A stretch of DNA of 64,000 bases from Tagaea sp. (GTDB lineage Bacteria > Pseudomonadota > Alphaproteobacteria > CACIAM-22H2), in assembly GCA_965279565.1 (NCBI GenBank), contig OZ257249.1, positions 2,256,496 to 2,320,495 on the forward strand. The letters are read 5' to 3'. The notes below the pieces were generated by a model, which worked only from the letters and a program-made list of their open reading frames with translations, did not search any database and was not told the origin of the DNA. The position numbers were made by a program, and so were the translations under genes. The first letter of the stretch is position 1; each line of letters begins with the position of its first letter. Below, one piece after another: positions 18,017-27,599 of the stretch.

Positions 18017-19684
18017 TTGCGCACCAGTCTCGACAGGGACGCGATAAGCCAGCGGGCTGCCCTGCTGTTCGCGGGCGCGATCCTGCTCGTGATCCTCGTC
18101 CTGCCGCTCGCCACGCTGTTCGAGAAGAGCTTCCAGAACCGCGACGGCGCCTTCGTCGGGCTCGACAATTTCGTGCGCTATTTCGCCACGCCGTCGCTGG
18201 TCGTGTCGCTGTGGAACACGCTGTGGGTCTCGCTGCTGGCCACATGCATCGTGGTGCCGCTGGCCTTCGTCTATGCCTACGCGATCCGGCGCACGACGAT
18301 GCCCGGCAGGCACGTGTTCCGCGCCCTTGGCCTCGTGCCGATCCTGGCACCCTCGCTGCTGCCGGCGATCGCGCTCATCTACCTGTTCGGCAACCAGGGC
18401 ATCGCGCGCTTCATGCTGATGGGCGAGAGCGTCTATGGCCCGATCGGCATCGTCATCGCGCAGGTCTTCTTCTGCTTCCCGCACGCCTTCCTGATCCTGT
18501 CGACCGCACTCGCCATCGCCGACCGGCGCCACTACGAGGCGGCCGAGGTGCTGGGTGCCGGCTCGCTTCGCGTCTTCCTGACCGTCACGCTGCCGGGCGT
18601 GAAGTACGGCATCGTCAGCGCGTTCTTCGTCGTCTTCACGATGGTGGCGACCGATTTCGGCATCCCGAAGGTGATCGGCGGCCGCTTCAACGTGCTGTCG
18701 ACCGACGTCTACAAGCAGGTCATCGGCCAGCAGAATTTCGAGATGGGTGCCGTCGTCGGCATGGTGCTGCTGATCCCGGCCGTGCTCGCCTTCATCGCGG
18801 ATCGCTGGGTCGCGCGCCGCCAGGTCGCCCTGCTCAGTGCGCGCGCCGTCCCCTTCGAGCCGCAGAAGCACACGCTGCGCGATGCGCTGCTGTTCGCCTT
18901 CTGCGCGCTGATCGCCGTGTGCATCCTCGTCGTGCTCGGGATCTGCATCTGGGCAAGCCTCATCACCTACTGGCCCTATAACCTGTCGCTGTCGATGCGC
19001 AACTACGCCTTCGCGAACGCCGACGCGTCGGGCTGGGGCTCGTATTTCAACTCGCTGACGATGTCGGTGCTGGTCGCGACGATCGGCACGGTCGTGATCG
19101 CCTTCGGCGCCTGGCTCGTCGACAAGACGCGCGGGGCGGAGTTCCTGCGCGGCGTGGTGCACCTGCTGGCGATGATCCCGCTCGCGGTACCCGGCCTCGT
19201 CCTCGGCCTTGCCTACATCTTCTTCTTCAATTCGCCGAAGAACCCGCTCGTCTTCATGTACGGGACGATCGGCCTGCTGACGCTCAACACGATCGCGCAC
19301 TTCTATACGGTGGCGCACCTGACGACGCTGCAGGCCCTCAAGCAGCTCGATCCGGAGTTCGAGAGCGTGTCGGCTTCGCTGAAGATATCGGTCTGGCGCA
19401 CGGCATGGCAGGTCACGCTGCCGGTGACCTCGCCGGCCCTGCTCGACGTGTGGTTCTACATGTTCGTCAACGCGATGACGACCGTGTCGGCCGTGGTCTT
19501 CCTCTATGGCCCCTTCACGAAGCTCGCGTCGGTCTCGATCATCAACATGGACGAAGCCGGCTTCACCGCCGCCGCCGCCGCCATGGGCTGCACGATCATC
19601 GCGACGTCGGCCGCGGCCAAGATCCTCCATTCACTGCTTGCCGAGTGGCTCGCCCGGCGCACGCAGGCCTGGCGCTCGCGGTGA
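18017..19684 (+). CDS. ABC transporter permease with two fused transmembrane domains (PhnU/FbpB-like)
   Basis: Two EAA-loop-containing TMDs, ~555 aa. TTG start at 18017, 9 nt after the ATPase stop. The start codon is uncertain. Confidence 0.75.
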   Translation: MRTSLDRDAISQRAALLFAGAILLVILVLPLATLFEKSFQNRDGAFVGLDNFVRYFATPSLVVSLWNTLWVSLLATCIVVPLAFVYAYAIRRTTMPGRHVFRALGLVPILAPSLLPAIALIYLFGNQGIARFMLMGESVYGPIGIVIAQVFFCFPHAFLILSTALAIADRRHYEAAEVLGAGSLRVFLTVTLPGVKYGIVSAFFVVFTMVATDFGIPKVIGGRFNVLSTDVYKQVIGQQNFEMGAVVGMVLLIPAVLAFIADRWVARRQVALLSARAVPFEPQKHTLRDALLFAFCALIAVCILVVLGICIWASLITYWPYNLSLSMRNYAFANADASGWGSYFNSLTMSVLVATIGTVVIAFGAWLVDKTRGAEFLRGVVHLLAMIPLAVPGLVLGLAYIFFFNSPKNPLVFMYGTIGLLTLNTIAHFYTVAHLTTLQALKQLDPEFESVSASLKISVWRTAWQVTLPVTSPALLDVWFYMFVNAMTTVSAVVFLYGPFTKLASVSIINMDEAGFTAAAAAMGCTIIATSAAAKILHSLLAEWLARRTQAWRSR

Positions 19685-20376
19685 GCGCGCTGCCCGCGCA
19701 TGTCCGGGCGGTGCTGTTCGACAAGGACGGCACGCTCGTCGATTTCGACCGCACCTGGTCGGGCACGATGAAGGTCGGCGCACGCGACTTCGCCGACGGC
19801 AACGAGGCGCTCGCCGTGCGCCTGTGCGAGGCGGTGGGCTGGGACGAGGCGGCCGGCACCTTCGCCGCCGACGCGTTCTTCGCCAACAATCCGAATGCCG
19901 CCATCGCACGGCGCTGGCGCGAGCTGCGCGGGCTGCCGTTCTCCGACGGCGACGCGACCCGCCTCGACGCGCTGTTCGCGCGCGCGATTCTCGCGAACGT
20001 GACGCCGCTGGGCGATCTGGCGGGGACGGTGGCGCGTCTCGGTGCGCGCGGGCTCGTGCTCGGCGTGGCGACGAACGACAGCCGGGAATCGGCGGTCGAG
20101 CAGCTTGCTGCCCTCGGCGTGGGCGACGCGTTCGTCTTCGTGACCGGCTATGACGGGCCGAGCAAGCCGAAGCCCGATCCGTCCGCCGTGTTCGATTTCG
20201 CGCGGCTCGCGGGCGTGGCGCCGTCCGAAGTGGCGGTCGTCGGCGATTCGCTCAACGACCTGCATCTGGCGGGTGCTTCGGGTGCCTATTCGATCGCTGT
20301 CGCGCGCGATCCGGCACATCGGGCGCAGCTCGCCCGGCTTGCCGACATCGCCATCGAAGGAATCGAAGGGCTCTAG
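19681..20376 (+). CDS. HAD-superfamily hydrolase (subfamily IA)
   Basis: Motif I VLFDKDGTLVDFD, motif II GVATND, motif III KPKPDP, motif IV VGDSLNDL. GTG start overlaps the permease stop (GTGA). Confidence 0.7.
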   Translation: MSALPAHVRAVLFDKDGTLVDFDRTWSGTMKVGARDFADGNEALAVRLCEAVGWDEAAGTFAADAFFANNPNAAIARRWRELRGLPFSDGDATRLDALFARAILANVTPLGDLAGTVARLGARGLVLGVATNDSRESAVEQLAALGVGDAFVFVTGYDGPSKPKPDPSAVFDFARLAGVAPSEVAVVGDSLNDLHLAGASGAYSIAVARDPAHRAQLARLADIAIEGIEGL

Positions 20377-22796
20377 GCGAGGATCTTCGCGCGCTTGGGA
20401 TCGACCGCCGAACCGTCGATCCGTTTGGCCGGCCAGCGCTTCGTGAAGGCCTCGATCTCGTAATCCGCGTGGCCGGCCGCGTCGGTCGGAACGTAGCCGA
20501 ACCCGATCGCCTTGCCGATCGTATGGCCCCAGCCCGCCGACGACGTGACGCCGACGACCTTGCCGCCCAGCACGATCGATTCGCCGCCATAGAGCTGCAC
20601 GGGCGCATCGACGGTCAGCGTGATCAGCTTGCGCCGTGGCCCTTCGGCCTTCGCCTTTTCCAGTGCCGCGCGGCCGACGAAGTCGGACTTCTTGGCGAGT
20701 GCCACCGCGAAGCCGAGGCCCGCCTCGTAGGGCGTGTAGTCCGGCGTGATGTCGGCACCCCAGTAGAGATAGCGCTTTTCCAGCCGCAGCGAGTCGATGG
20801 CGCGGTAGCCGGCATCGGCCAGCCCGTGCGCCTTGCCCGCCTCGGCGAGCAGTTCGTAGACGTGCTGCGCGTACTCGACCGGCATGTGCAGCTCCCAGCC
20901 GAGCTCGCCCACATAGGTCACGCGCATCGCCAGCACGGGCGCGAAGCCGATGCGGATTTCCTTCGCCGTCATGTACGGGAACGCGGCGTTCGACACGTCG
21001 CCGTCGGCGACCGCCGACAGGATGTCGCGCGAACGCGGGCCCGCGAGGTTGATCGTCGCGCGTCCGGACGTGACGTCGGCGACGTGGACCGAGCCGTCCT
21101 TCGGCAGGTGGCCGCGGATCCACGCGATGTCGCGCACGCCGAAGGCACTGCCTGTGACCATGTAGAAGCGGTCCTCGTCGAGCCGGACGAAGGTCAGGTC
21201 GGCCTCGATGCCGCCGCGCGCGTTGCACAGCTGCGTGTAGATCAGGCTGCCCGCCGGCTTGTCGACGTCGTTGGCCGCGATGCGTTGCAGGGCGGCGAAC
21301 GTGCCGGAGCCAGTGAACTCGAATTTCGAGAACGAGCTCTGGTCGATCACGACCGCGCGTTCGCGCGCGGCCTTGCACTCGCCCGCCACGTGCTGGAACC
21401 AGTTGGGCCGCGATTCGAACGAGGGCTTGTCCACGGGTTCAACGCCGGCGGGAGCGAACCAGTTCGGCCGTTCCCAGCCGAAGCGCGAACCGAAGACCGC
21501 GCGCTTTTCCTTGAGCGCGCCATAGAGCGGGCTGCGCCGGCCGCCGCGGGCACTTTCCAGCTCCTCGATCGGATAGTGGATCTGGTAGTAGCGCCAGTAG
21601 CTGTCGACGCTGCGCTCGGCGAGATACTTGGCCGACATGTGGTGTGCGCCGAAGCGGCGCACGTCGAAGGCCCACAGATCCATCGACGGTTCGCCCGCGA
21701 CGATCCATTCGGCCATCGCCTTGCCGGCACCGCCGGACGCCGCGATGCCCGACGTGAAGCCGCACGCCACGTAGAAGTTTTCGCGCTCCGGGGCGAGCCC
21801 CATGATCGGCTCGCCGTCGGGCGAGATCGGGATCGGGCCGTTGATGACCGTGCGGATGCCGATCTCGTTGAGGATCGGCAGGCGCTCGGCCGCCGGCAGC
21901 AGGAAGGCCTCGAGCCGGTCCTGGTTGGGCGGGAACAGTTCGCGCCCGAAATCGAACGGCATGCCCTTGGCGCCGAAGGTCGGCGTGCCCTGTTCCCAGC
22001 CGCCGATGGCCAGCGCCCCCGGCTCGGGCTTCAGGTAGAAGATCTTGTCGGGGTCGCGCAGCGTCGGCAGGCCCTTGGGGATGTCGTTGCGCTTCTCGGT
22101 GATCAGGTACTGGTGCTCGACCGCACCTGCGGGCACGCGCACGCCGGCCATCGCGGCCACGTCGCGTGCCCAGATGCCGGCGGCATTGACGACGATCTCG
22201 CACGCGATGTCGCCCTTGTCGGTGCGCACGCCCGTGATGCGGCGCTCCTTCGTCTCGAAGCCCTTCACGAGGATGCCTTCGACGAACTTCACGCCGTTCT
22301 TGCGCGCACCCTTGGCGTAGGCGTGCGTCAGGCTCGACGGATCGACCGACCCGTCATTCGGCACGAAGACGGCGCCGACGACGTCGTCGAGCGAGATCAG
22401 CGGGAACTTCTCCTGCGCTTCCTTCGGCGACAGCGTGTGCAGCTCGAAATCGAAGCTGCGCGCGGTCGTCGCCATACGCTTGAGCTCGCTCCAGCGCTCC
22501 TGCGAGGAAGCGAGGCGCAGGCTGCCGACCGGCTTCCATTCCACCGCCTGGCCCGTCTCTTCCTCGAGCTTCGCGTAAAGCTGGGCCGAGTACTGCATGA
22601 GCCGCGTGAGATTGCGCTTCGAGCGCAGCTGGCCCACGAGGCCGGCGGCATGCCAGGTCGAACCGTGGGTGAGGGCGGCCTTCTCGAGGACGACGACGTC
22701 GCGTTCGCCGAGTTTTGCCAGGTGATACGCGATGGAGCAACCGACCGCCCCACCACCGATGACCACGATTCGCGCGTGGCCGGGAAGGTCAGCCAC
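20373..22796 (-). CDS. Dimethylglycine/sarcosine dehydrogenase family FAD-dependent oxidoreductase with C-terminal aminomethyltransferase (GcvT-like) domain
   Basis: N-terminal IVVIGGGAVGCSIAYHLAKLG FAD motif. 807 aa with a folate-binding GcvT-like C-terminus. Confidence 0.85.
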   Translation of the reverse strand: MADLPGHARIVVIGGGAVGCSIAYHLAKLGERDVVVLEKAALTHGSTWHAAGLVGQLRSKRNLTRLMQYSAQLYAKLEEETGQAVEWKPVGSLRLASSQERWSELKRMATTARSFDFELHTLSPKEAQEKFPLISLDDVVGAVFVPNDGSVDPSSLTHAYAKGARKNGVKFVEGILVKGFETKERRITGVRTDKGDIACEIVVNAAGIWARDVAAMAGVRVPAGAVEHQYLITEKRNDIPKGLPTLRDPDKIFYLKPEPGALAIGGWEQGTPTFGAKGMPFDFGRELFPPNQDRLEAFLLPAAERLPILNEIGIRTVINGPIPISPDGEPIMGLAPERENFYVACGFTSGIAASGGAGKAMAEWIVAGEPSMDLWAFDVRRFGAHHMSAKYLAERSVDSYWRYYQIHYPIEELESARGGRRSPLYGALKEKRAVFGSRFGWERPNWFAPAGVEPVDKPSFESRPNWFQHVAGECKAARERAVVIDQSSFSKFEFTGSGTFAALQRIAANDVDKPAGSLIYTQLCNARGGIEADLTFVRLDEDRFYMVTGSAFGVRDIAWIRGHLPKDGSVHVADVTSGRATINLAGPRSRDILSAVADGDVSNAAFPYMTAKEIRIGFAPVLAMRVTYVGELGWELHMPVEYAQHVYELLAEAGKAHGLADAGYRAIDSLRLEKRYLYWGADITPDYTPYEAGLGFAVALAKKSDFVGRAALEKAKAEGPRRKLITLTVDAPVQLYGGESIVLGGKVVGVTSSAGWGHTIGKAIGFGYVPTDAAGHADYEIEAFTKRWPAKRIDGSAVDPKRAKILA

Positions 22797-24033
22797 GCAG
22801 TTCTCCGATGTACCAGTCGTCGAAATGGGTCACGTTGCGCTCGCGCAGGGTGGAGTAGGGGCCGGGCAGGTAGCCGGGCGAGCTGACGCCCGCCTGCTGG
22901 TCCTCGCAGATCTTCCAGTCCTGCCGGTTCGTGATGTCCCAGATCGGCAGCAGCTTGTCGAGCGTGTAATCCTTGCCCTCGACGGCCGTGGCGTCGACCA
23001 GCCAGTAGCCACGCACATGCGTCTCGCCCGGGCCGATCGGCGTCAGGCGCGCGGCGGCCGCGAAGTCGCAGTTCGTGTGCTGCCAGAAATTCGGGAACAC
23101 GGTCGTGCGCAGCGTGCCGCTGTCGGGCTCCTTGATGTCGCCCATCAGCTTCGACACCATCTGGCCATCCATGCTCTGCGTGACGAAGCCTTCGCGCACC
23201 GGCGTGCGGTGGCAGCGCCAGTTGACGCCGGTCATGTTCGAGCTGGCGTCGCCGGTGTCGAGACCGAGTGCCGCGAAGCGCACGTTCGCCTTCTCGATGA
23301 TCGCTTCCATGCCAGGCAGCAGCGTCGGATCGACGATGGCGTTGTCGCGCTGCACGTCGTAGGCGGCGGTGTTGTATTCCTTGTGGTTGGCCGGGCAGTG
23401 GTAGCACTCGCGGTTGTTCTGGAAGACGACCTTCCAGTTGGCCTTCACCACGTATTCGATCTTATGCGCGATCTTCGCGCGGTCGATCGCGTGCGGCTTC
23501 ATCTTGCGCCGGATCGTGTCGGCGGCATCCGTGAAGTCCGGCGGATTGTCGGTCAGCGAGAAGAACAGCAGGCCGCCCGCGTCGATCAGCTTCACCGGGC
23601 GCAGGCCGAGTTCCGAACGGTCGACGCCGAATTCCTTGCGGGGATCGAACATCAGGCTGCCGTCAAGCCTGTAGGTCCATTTGTGGTAGGGGCACGCCAG
23701 CACGCTGCTGTGGCCGTGCTCGGTGAGGCAGACCTTGGAGCCGCGATGGCGGCATACATTGTGGAAGGCGCGGATGACGCCGTCCTGGCCGCGCACGACG
23801 ACGATCTCCGCACCCGCGACCGCATAGGTCATGTGGTCGCCGGGCTTCGCCACCTCGAAACCGTATCCGATGAACAGCCAGTGCCGGTGATGGATGCGCG
23901 CGACGTCGGCCGCGAACAGCGCGTCGTCGACATAGAATTCCCGCGTCAGGGACCGGCCGGAGACATGTCGGGCGACCGCCCCTGCGGCCACGGGCGCCAG
24001 TGCGCCCGGTGAATCGCGACCCGATCCGTCCAT
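22789..24033 (-). CDS. Rieske (2Fe-2S) aromatic-ring-hydroxylating oxygenase alpha subunit, glycine-betaine demethylase (GbcA)/CntA-like
   Basis: Rieske motif CRHRG...CPYHKW. A mononuclear-iron site candidate lies in NNRECYHCPANH. 8-bp overlap with the downstream dimethylglycine dehydrogenase gene. Confidence 0.8.
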   Translation of the reverse strand: MDGSGRDSPGALAPVAAGAVARHVSGRSLTREFYVDDALFAADVARIHHRHWLFIGYGFEVAKPGDHMTYAVAGAEIVVVRGQDGVIRAFHNVCRHRGSKVCLTEHGHSSVLACPYHKWTYRLDGSLMFDPRKEFGVDRSELGLRPVKLIDAGGLLFFSLTDNPPDFTDAADTIRRKMKPHAIDRAKIAHKIEYVVKANWKVVFQNNRECYHCPANHKEYNTAAYDVQRDNAIVDPTLLPGMEAIIEKANVRFAALGLDTGDASSNMTGVNWRCHRTPVREGFVTQSMDGQMVSKLMGDIKEPDSGTLRTTVFPNFWQHTNCDFAAAARLTPIGPGETHVRGYWLVDATAVEGKDYTLDKLLPIWDITNRQDWKICEDQQAGVSSPGYLPGPYSTLRERNVTHFDDWYIGELRG

Positions 24034-24115
24034 CTCGGTCCCCTCTCGAATGTTACAGTTACGTTACCACAGGCAAGTGGCCGCGCAACATACGCAGACA
24101 CAATATATGGCGAAT

Positions 24116-24138
24116 GCGACGGTCCTGCCGTCGCTTTT
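24116..24138. terminator. Putative intrinsic terminator hairpin GCGACGG-TCCTG-CCGTCGC followed by TTTT
   Basis: 7-bp GC-rich stem and a T-run, immediately abutting the stop of the minus-strand ORF 24138-24539. Orientation relative to that gene is not ideal. Confidence 0.3.
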
Positions 24139-24539
24139 CAGCCGACGCGGAAATGCAGGTTTCCGCCAAGCGTCCGGACAAGCGCACGCGGCACGGCGGC
24201 GACCGGAACGTCGTGGAGATAGGCAAGCCTGCCGTCGGCGATGTCGAGGTCGTAGCGCCCCGGCGCGACCGTGCGACGCGCGCGGAGCAGCACGCCGAAG
24301 CGCGCCGGGCCTTCGCCGGGAGCCGCGAAGATCCGCACGCCGAGATAGAGGACCGCGACGATGCGGACCTTGAGCCGCCGTCCGGCGGCGTCGACGAGGC
24401 AAGCCGTCTCGCCGCAGGCTTGCGCGAATTCGAACACCGACGGGACCTTGCCGGCCGGAATCCAGGGTTTCGTGCGCATGCCGGCAAGTGCGCGTCCGTC
24501 GAGCACGACGGGCGACGGACGGCGCAGCCGCCGCTTCAT
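24138..24539 (-). CDS. Hypothetical protein (133 aa; weak PilZ-like RxxxR N-terminus)
   Basis: ORF with GC3 bias. N-terminal RRLRR. Confidence 0.4.
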   Translation of the reverse strand: MKRRLRRPSPVVLDGRALAGMRTKPWIPAGKVPSVFEFAQACGETACLVDAAGRRLKVRIVAVLYLGVRIFAAPGEGPARFGVLLRARRTVAPGRYDLDIADGRLAYLHDVPVAAVPRALVRTLGGNLHFRVG

Positions 24540-24613
24540 GGCGGATGGAATCCGGAACCGGGGAACACAACGGAAGCTATATGCGATTAAAAAAGAAAAT
24601 CAACTTTAAATAA

Positions 24614-26311
24614 CTATCCGCGCGACGCGCCCGGCCGCGCGCGGGTAACCATCCACGAAAGTATCGCGACCGGCAGCAGGCCGACCGCGACGATCGCGAC
24701 CGCACCGGTCGAGGCCTGCGCCAGCCTTTCGTCGGACGCGAGCTGGTAGACGCGCACGGCCAGCGTGTCGAGGCCGAAGGGCCGCACGATCAGCGTCGCG
24801 GGCAGTTCCTTCAGCACGTCGACGAACACGACCGTCGCGGCCGTCAGGACCGAGCCCCACATGATCGGCGCATGGACACCCGCGAGGATCCGCGTCGGGC
24901 CGGCGCCGAGGCTGAGGGCGGCTTCGTCCATCGAGCGCGTGATCTTGCCCATGCCGGCCTCGACCGGCCCGAAGCCGACGGCCATGAAGCGCACGGCATA
25001 GGCGTAGAGCAGGGCGACGAGCGATCCCGACAGGACCAGTCCGGTCGACACGCCGAAGGTCGCGCGCATGAACCCGTCGAGCGCGTTGTCGAAGGCCGCG
25101 AGCGGGATCAGCACGCCGACGGCGATCACCGAGCCGGGGATCGCGTAGCCGATCGTCGCGAGGCGCACGGCCGCACGCACGAGCCGGTCGCGCGTCAGGC
25201 GCTGGGCATAGGCGAGGCCGACGGCGATCGCGACCGTCGTCGCGGCCGCGGCGGCGGCCAGGACGAACGAGTTGCCCGCATATTCGAGAAACCGCCTGCC
25301 GAAGAGCGGATCGCCGGCCGTGGCGCTCATGTGGACGAGGATCGCGGCGGGCACGACGAAGCCGAGCAGTACGGGCAGCGCGCACAGCGTTCCGGCGGCG
25401 AGGGCGGCGAAGCCGCGCAGCTCGAGCGGCGCGATCGGCCGGTAGCGCCGCGACGTGTGGTGATAGCGCGCCTCGCCGCGCGAGTGGCGTTCGAGCCAGA
25501 TCAGCAGCAGCACGAAGCCGAGCAGCGCCGTCGCGAGCTGGGCCGCCGCAACGCGGTTGCCCATGCCGAACCAGGTCCGGTAGATCGCGGTCGTGAACGT
25601 GTCGACGCCGAAATACTGCACGGTGCCGAAATCGGCGAGCGCTTCCATCAGCGCCAGCGCCACACCCGCCGCGACCGCCGGACGCGCGAGCGGCAGCGCC
25701 ACGCGCCAGAACGCGCCCCATGCGCCGCGGCCGAGCATGCGGCTTGCCTCCAGCACGCAGACCGACTGTTCGAGGAACGCCGCGCGCGCGAGCAGGTAGA
25801 CGTACGGGTAGAACACGAGCACCAGCATCGTGATCGCGCCGCCGAGCGACTGGATGTCGGGGAACCAGTAATCCGCGCGCGTCCAGCCGAACGTCGTTCG
25901 AAGTGCGGTCTGCAGCGGGCCGGCGAACTGCAGGAAGTCGGTATAGGCGTAGCCGATGATGTAGGCCGGCATCGCCATCGGCATCAGGAGCCCGATCTCG
26001 AGCGCCCTGCTGCCGGCGAACCGGCACATCGTGACGAACCACGCGCACGCCACGCCGAGCACGAGCGTGCCCGTCCCGACGCCGAGCAGCAGCAGGGCCG
26101 TGTTGGCGAGGATGCCGGGAAGCGTCGTCGACCACAGATGCGCCCATGCGTCGCGCGCGGGCAGCAGCAGGTTGAAGGCGACGGCGGCGAGCGGCAGCAG
26201 CACCGCGATTGCCGCGGCGAGGGCGAGATACGCGACCGCCGGCAGGCGGCGCGCGGCGCGCATCGGCAGGAGCGGGTGCGGGGAAGAAGCGGGTGCGAGC
26301 GTGTCGGTCAC
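24614..26311 (-). CDS. Iron(III)/thiamine-type ABC transporter permease with two fused TMDs (FbpB/SfuB-like)
   Basis: 565 aa with duplicated ABC-permease EAA regions. No cognate substrate-binding or ATPase gene is adjacent. Confidence 0.8.
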   Translation of the reverse strand: MTDTLAPASSPHPLLPMRAARRLPAVAYLALAAAIAVLLPLAAVAFNLLLPARDAWAHLWSTTLPGILANTALLLLGVGTGTLVLGVACAWFVTMCRFAGSRALEIGLLMPMAMPAYIIGYAYTDFLQFAGPLQTALRTTFGWTRADYWFPDIQSLGGAITMLVLVFYPYVYLLARAAFLEQSVCVLEASRMLGRGAWGAFWRVALPLARPAVAAGVALALMEALADFGTVQYFGVDTFTTAIYRTWFGMGNRVAAAQLATALLGFVLLLIWLERHSRGEARYHHTSRRYRPIAPLELRGFAALAAGTLCALPVLLGFVVPAAILVHMSATAGDPLFGRRFLEYAGNSFVLAAAAAATTVAIAVGLAYAQRLTRDRLVRAAVRLATIGYAIPGSVIAVGVLIPLAAFDNALDGFMRATFGVSTGLVLSGSLVALLYAYAVRFMAVGFGPVEAGMGKITRSMDEAALSLGAGPTRILAGVHAPIMWGSVLTAATVVFVDVLKELPATLIVRPFGLDTLAVRVYQLASDERLAQASTGAVAIVAVGLLPVAILSWMVTRARPGASRG

Positions 26312-26377
26312 GTGCGGCGGCCAAGGATAAGAACAATTCTCAACCTAGGTCGGATCGCGGGCGAGCGCAAATGCACG

Positions 26378-26797
26378 TCACACGAGGCTGGACGCGAATT
26401 TCAGGTTCTCGAGAACGCGCAGGGCGAGCTGCGATCCGACATAGACGAGAAACGCGTCCGCCATCGCCTTGGCGTAGGCCGGATCGACCGGCACGTCGAG
26501 ACGTGCGAGGTCGCCGAGACCGCGCCAGATTCCGCGCGCCGCCGGCTCGACCGTCACCGAGATCGTCGGCGGCGGTGTCTCGACCGGCGAACCGTGCTGC
26601 CGGCGGGACTGCACCCAGACTTCGGAAATGCGCGTGCGCGCGGCACCGTAGATGCCGCTCCAGTAGAACGCCTTGCGCTCGGCATCGGGGAGCTGGCTTT
26701 CGAGGGCACGCGGCAGCCAGGCGTCGTAGAGCAGCGTCGCCACGAGATAGCGCCGCTCCCTGAATTCGCCCTGATCGGCATAGCTGCCCGGATACAT
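26378..26797 (-). CDS. Hypothetical protein (139 aa)
   Basis: ATG at 26797 (MYPGSYADQG). An AT-rich promoter-like stretch lies upstream at 26800-26878. Confidence 0.4.
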   Translation of the reverse strand: MYPGSYADQGEFRERRYLVATLLYDAWLPRALESQLPDAERKAFYWSGIYGAARTRISEVWVQSRRQHGSPVETPPPTISVTVEPAARGIWRGLGDLARLDVPVDPAYAKAMADAFLVYVGSQLALRVLENLKFASSLV

Positions 26798-26878
26798 GAT
26801 TCCCACCAAAACAAAATGTAATTTATTAAAATACAAGATAAATACGAAGTCAATGCCCGCGATAACAGCGCAAGGCCG

Positions 26879-27076
26879 TTACTTCGGATCAGGACGGAAG
26901 CGGGCCGGGTTCAGCAGGACCGGGCAGGCGACGACGCGCACGATTTCAGGGTCATAGAGTGCGCGGAGCCGGGCATGCGGAACCGTGTAGCCGTCCTGCA
27001 GAACGGCCTCGACGACCCAGCCATAAAGTTCGTGACTGACGAAACGCTGCCCCGGACGGATCGATTCGACATCCAT
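26879..27076 (-). CDS. Hypothetical small protein (65 aa)
   Basis: Short ORF with acceptable GC3 bias. Confidence 0.3.
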   Translation of the reverse strand: MDVESIRPGQRFVSHELYGWVVEAVLQDGYTVPHARLRALYDPEIVRVVACPVLLNPARFRPDPK

Positions 27077-27149
27077 GCCGCAAATACTACGCCATGTCAG
27101 TAGCTTGCGCCAAGTGGCGGCAAATTCGCCGGAGACCTATGATCGCCGG

Positions 27150-27599
27150 ATGCGTCTTTGCGCCATCCTCGCCGCCTGCTTCGTGTTCGCCGCGCCGCCG
27201 GTCGTGGCGCAGGAACCTGCGCGCACGAACGACCGGCACCTGAACCGGAAGTTCGATGCGGTCGGGCCGACGCCGGCGGTGCTGCCGCCGGTCCGCGAGG
27301 CGCCACGCGAACGCCCGGTCTATCTGCGCACGTCGAAGCCGCTTTCCGAGATCGCAGAGCTGGACCAGAAGGCGTCGGCGGCGTGCCGCGTCCACGATTT
27401 CGGACAGTTCGAGCAGCATCGCGGGCGGGCATTGATCGCGGGGCGCACCTACGGCGCGGCCGCTTCGGGCAGCGACCTTCTGGCCGACCATCCCAAGCTG
27501 GCGGCGCGTCCGCCGGCGGTCTACGTCTTCGAGCATCAGGGGATGACCGCCTGCCGCGTCTGGCGCGTCAAGCCGGCGGCGTTGCGGGCGGCGAACTAG
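27150..27599 (+). CDS. Hypothetical secreted protein
   Basis: Signal peptide MRLCAILAACFVFAAPPVVAQ. Confidence 0.45.
   Translation: MRLCAILAACFVFAAPPVVAQEPARTNDRHLNRKFDAVGPTPAVLPPVREAPRERPVYLRTSKPLSEIAELDQKASAACRVHDFGQFEQHRGRALIAGRTYGAAASGSDLLADHPKLAARPPAVYVFEHQGMTACRVWRVKPAALRAAN

Noticed and set aside
15699-18350. 883-aa minus-strand ORF spanning the substrate-binding-protein and ATPase genes
   Set aside because: Antisense to two well-supported ABC transporter genes. Composition is dominated by R, G, D and A repeats. No start or RBS context.
17609-19630. 673-aa minus-strand ORF inside the fused permease gene
   Set aside because: Antisense, highly charged repetitive translation. The sense strand encodes a coherent 12-TM permease.
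19405-19680. N-terminal 92 codons of the 323-aa ORF ending as the HAD hydrolase
   Set aside because: This part overlaps the permease C-terminus in another frame and is Arg/Gly-rich. The HAD motif I (DKDGT) begins right after the GTG at 19681, which overlaps the permease stop.
24617-24652. GC hairpin CCGCGCG-N11-CGCGCGG resembling a terminator
   Set aside because: It lies inside the 3' coding end of the FbpB-like permease gene (C-terminal ...RPGASRG), not downstream of it, and has no U-tract.
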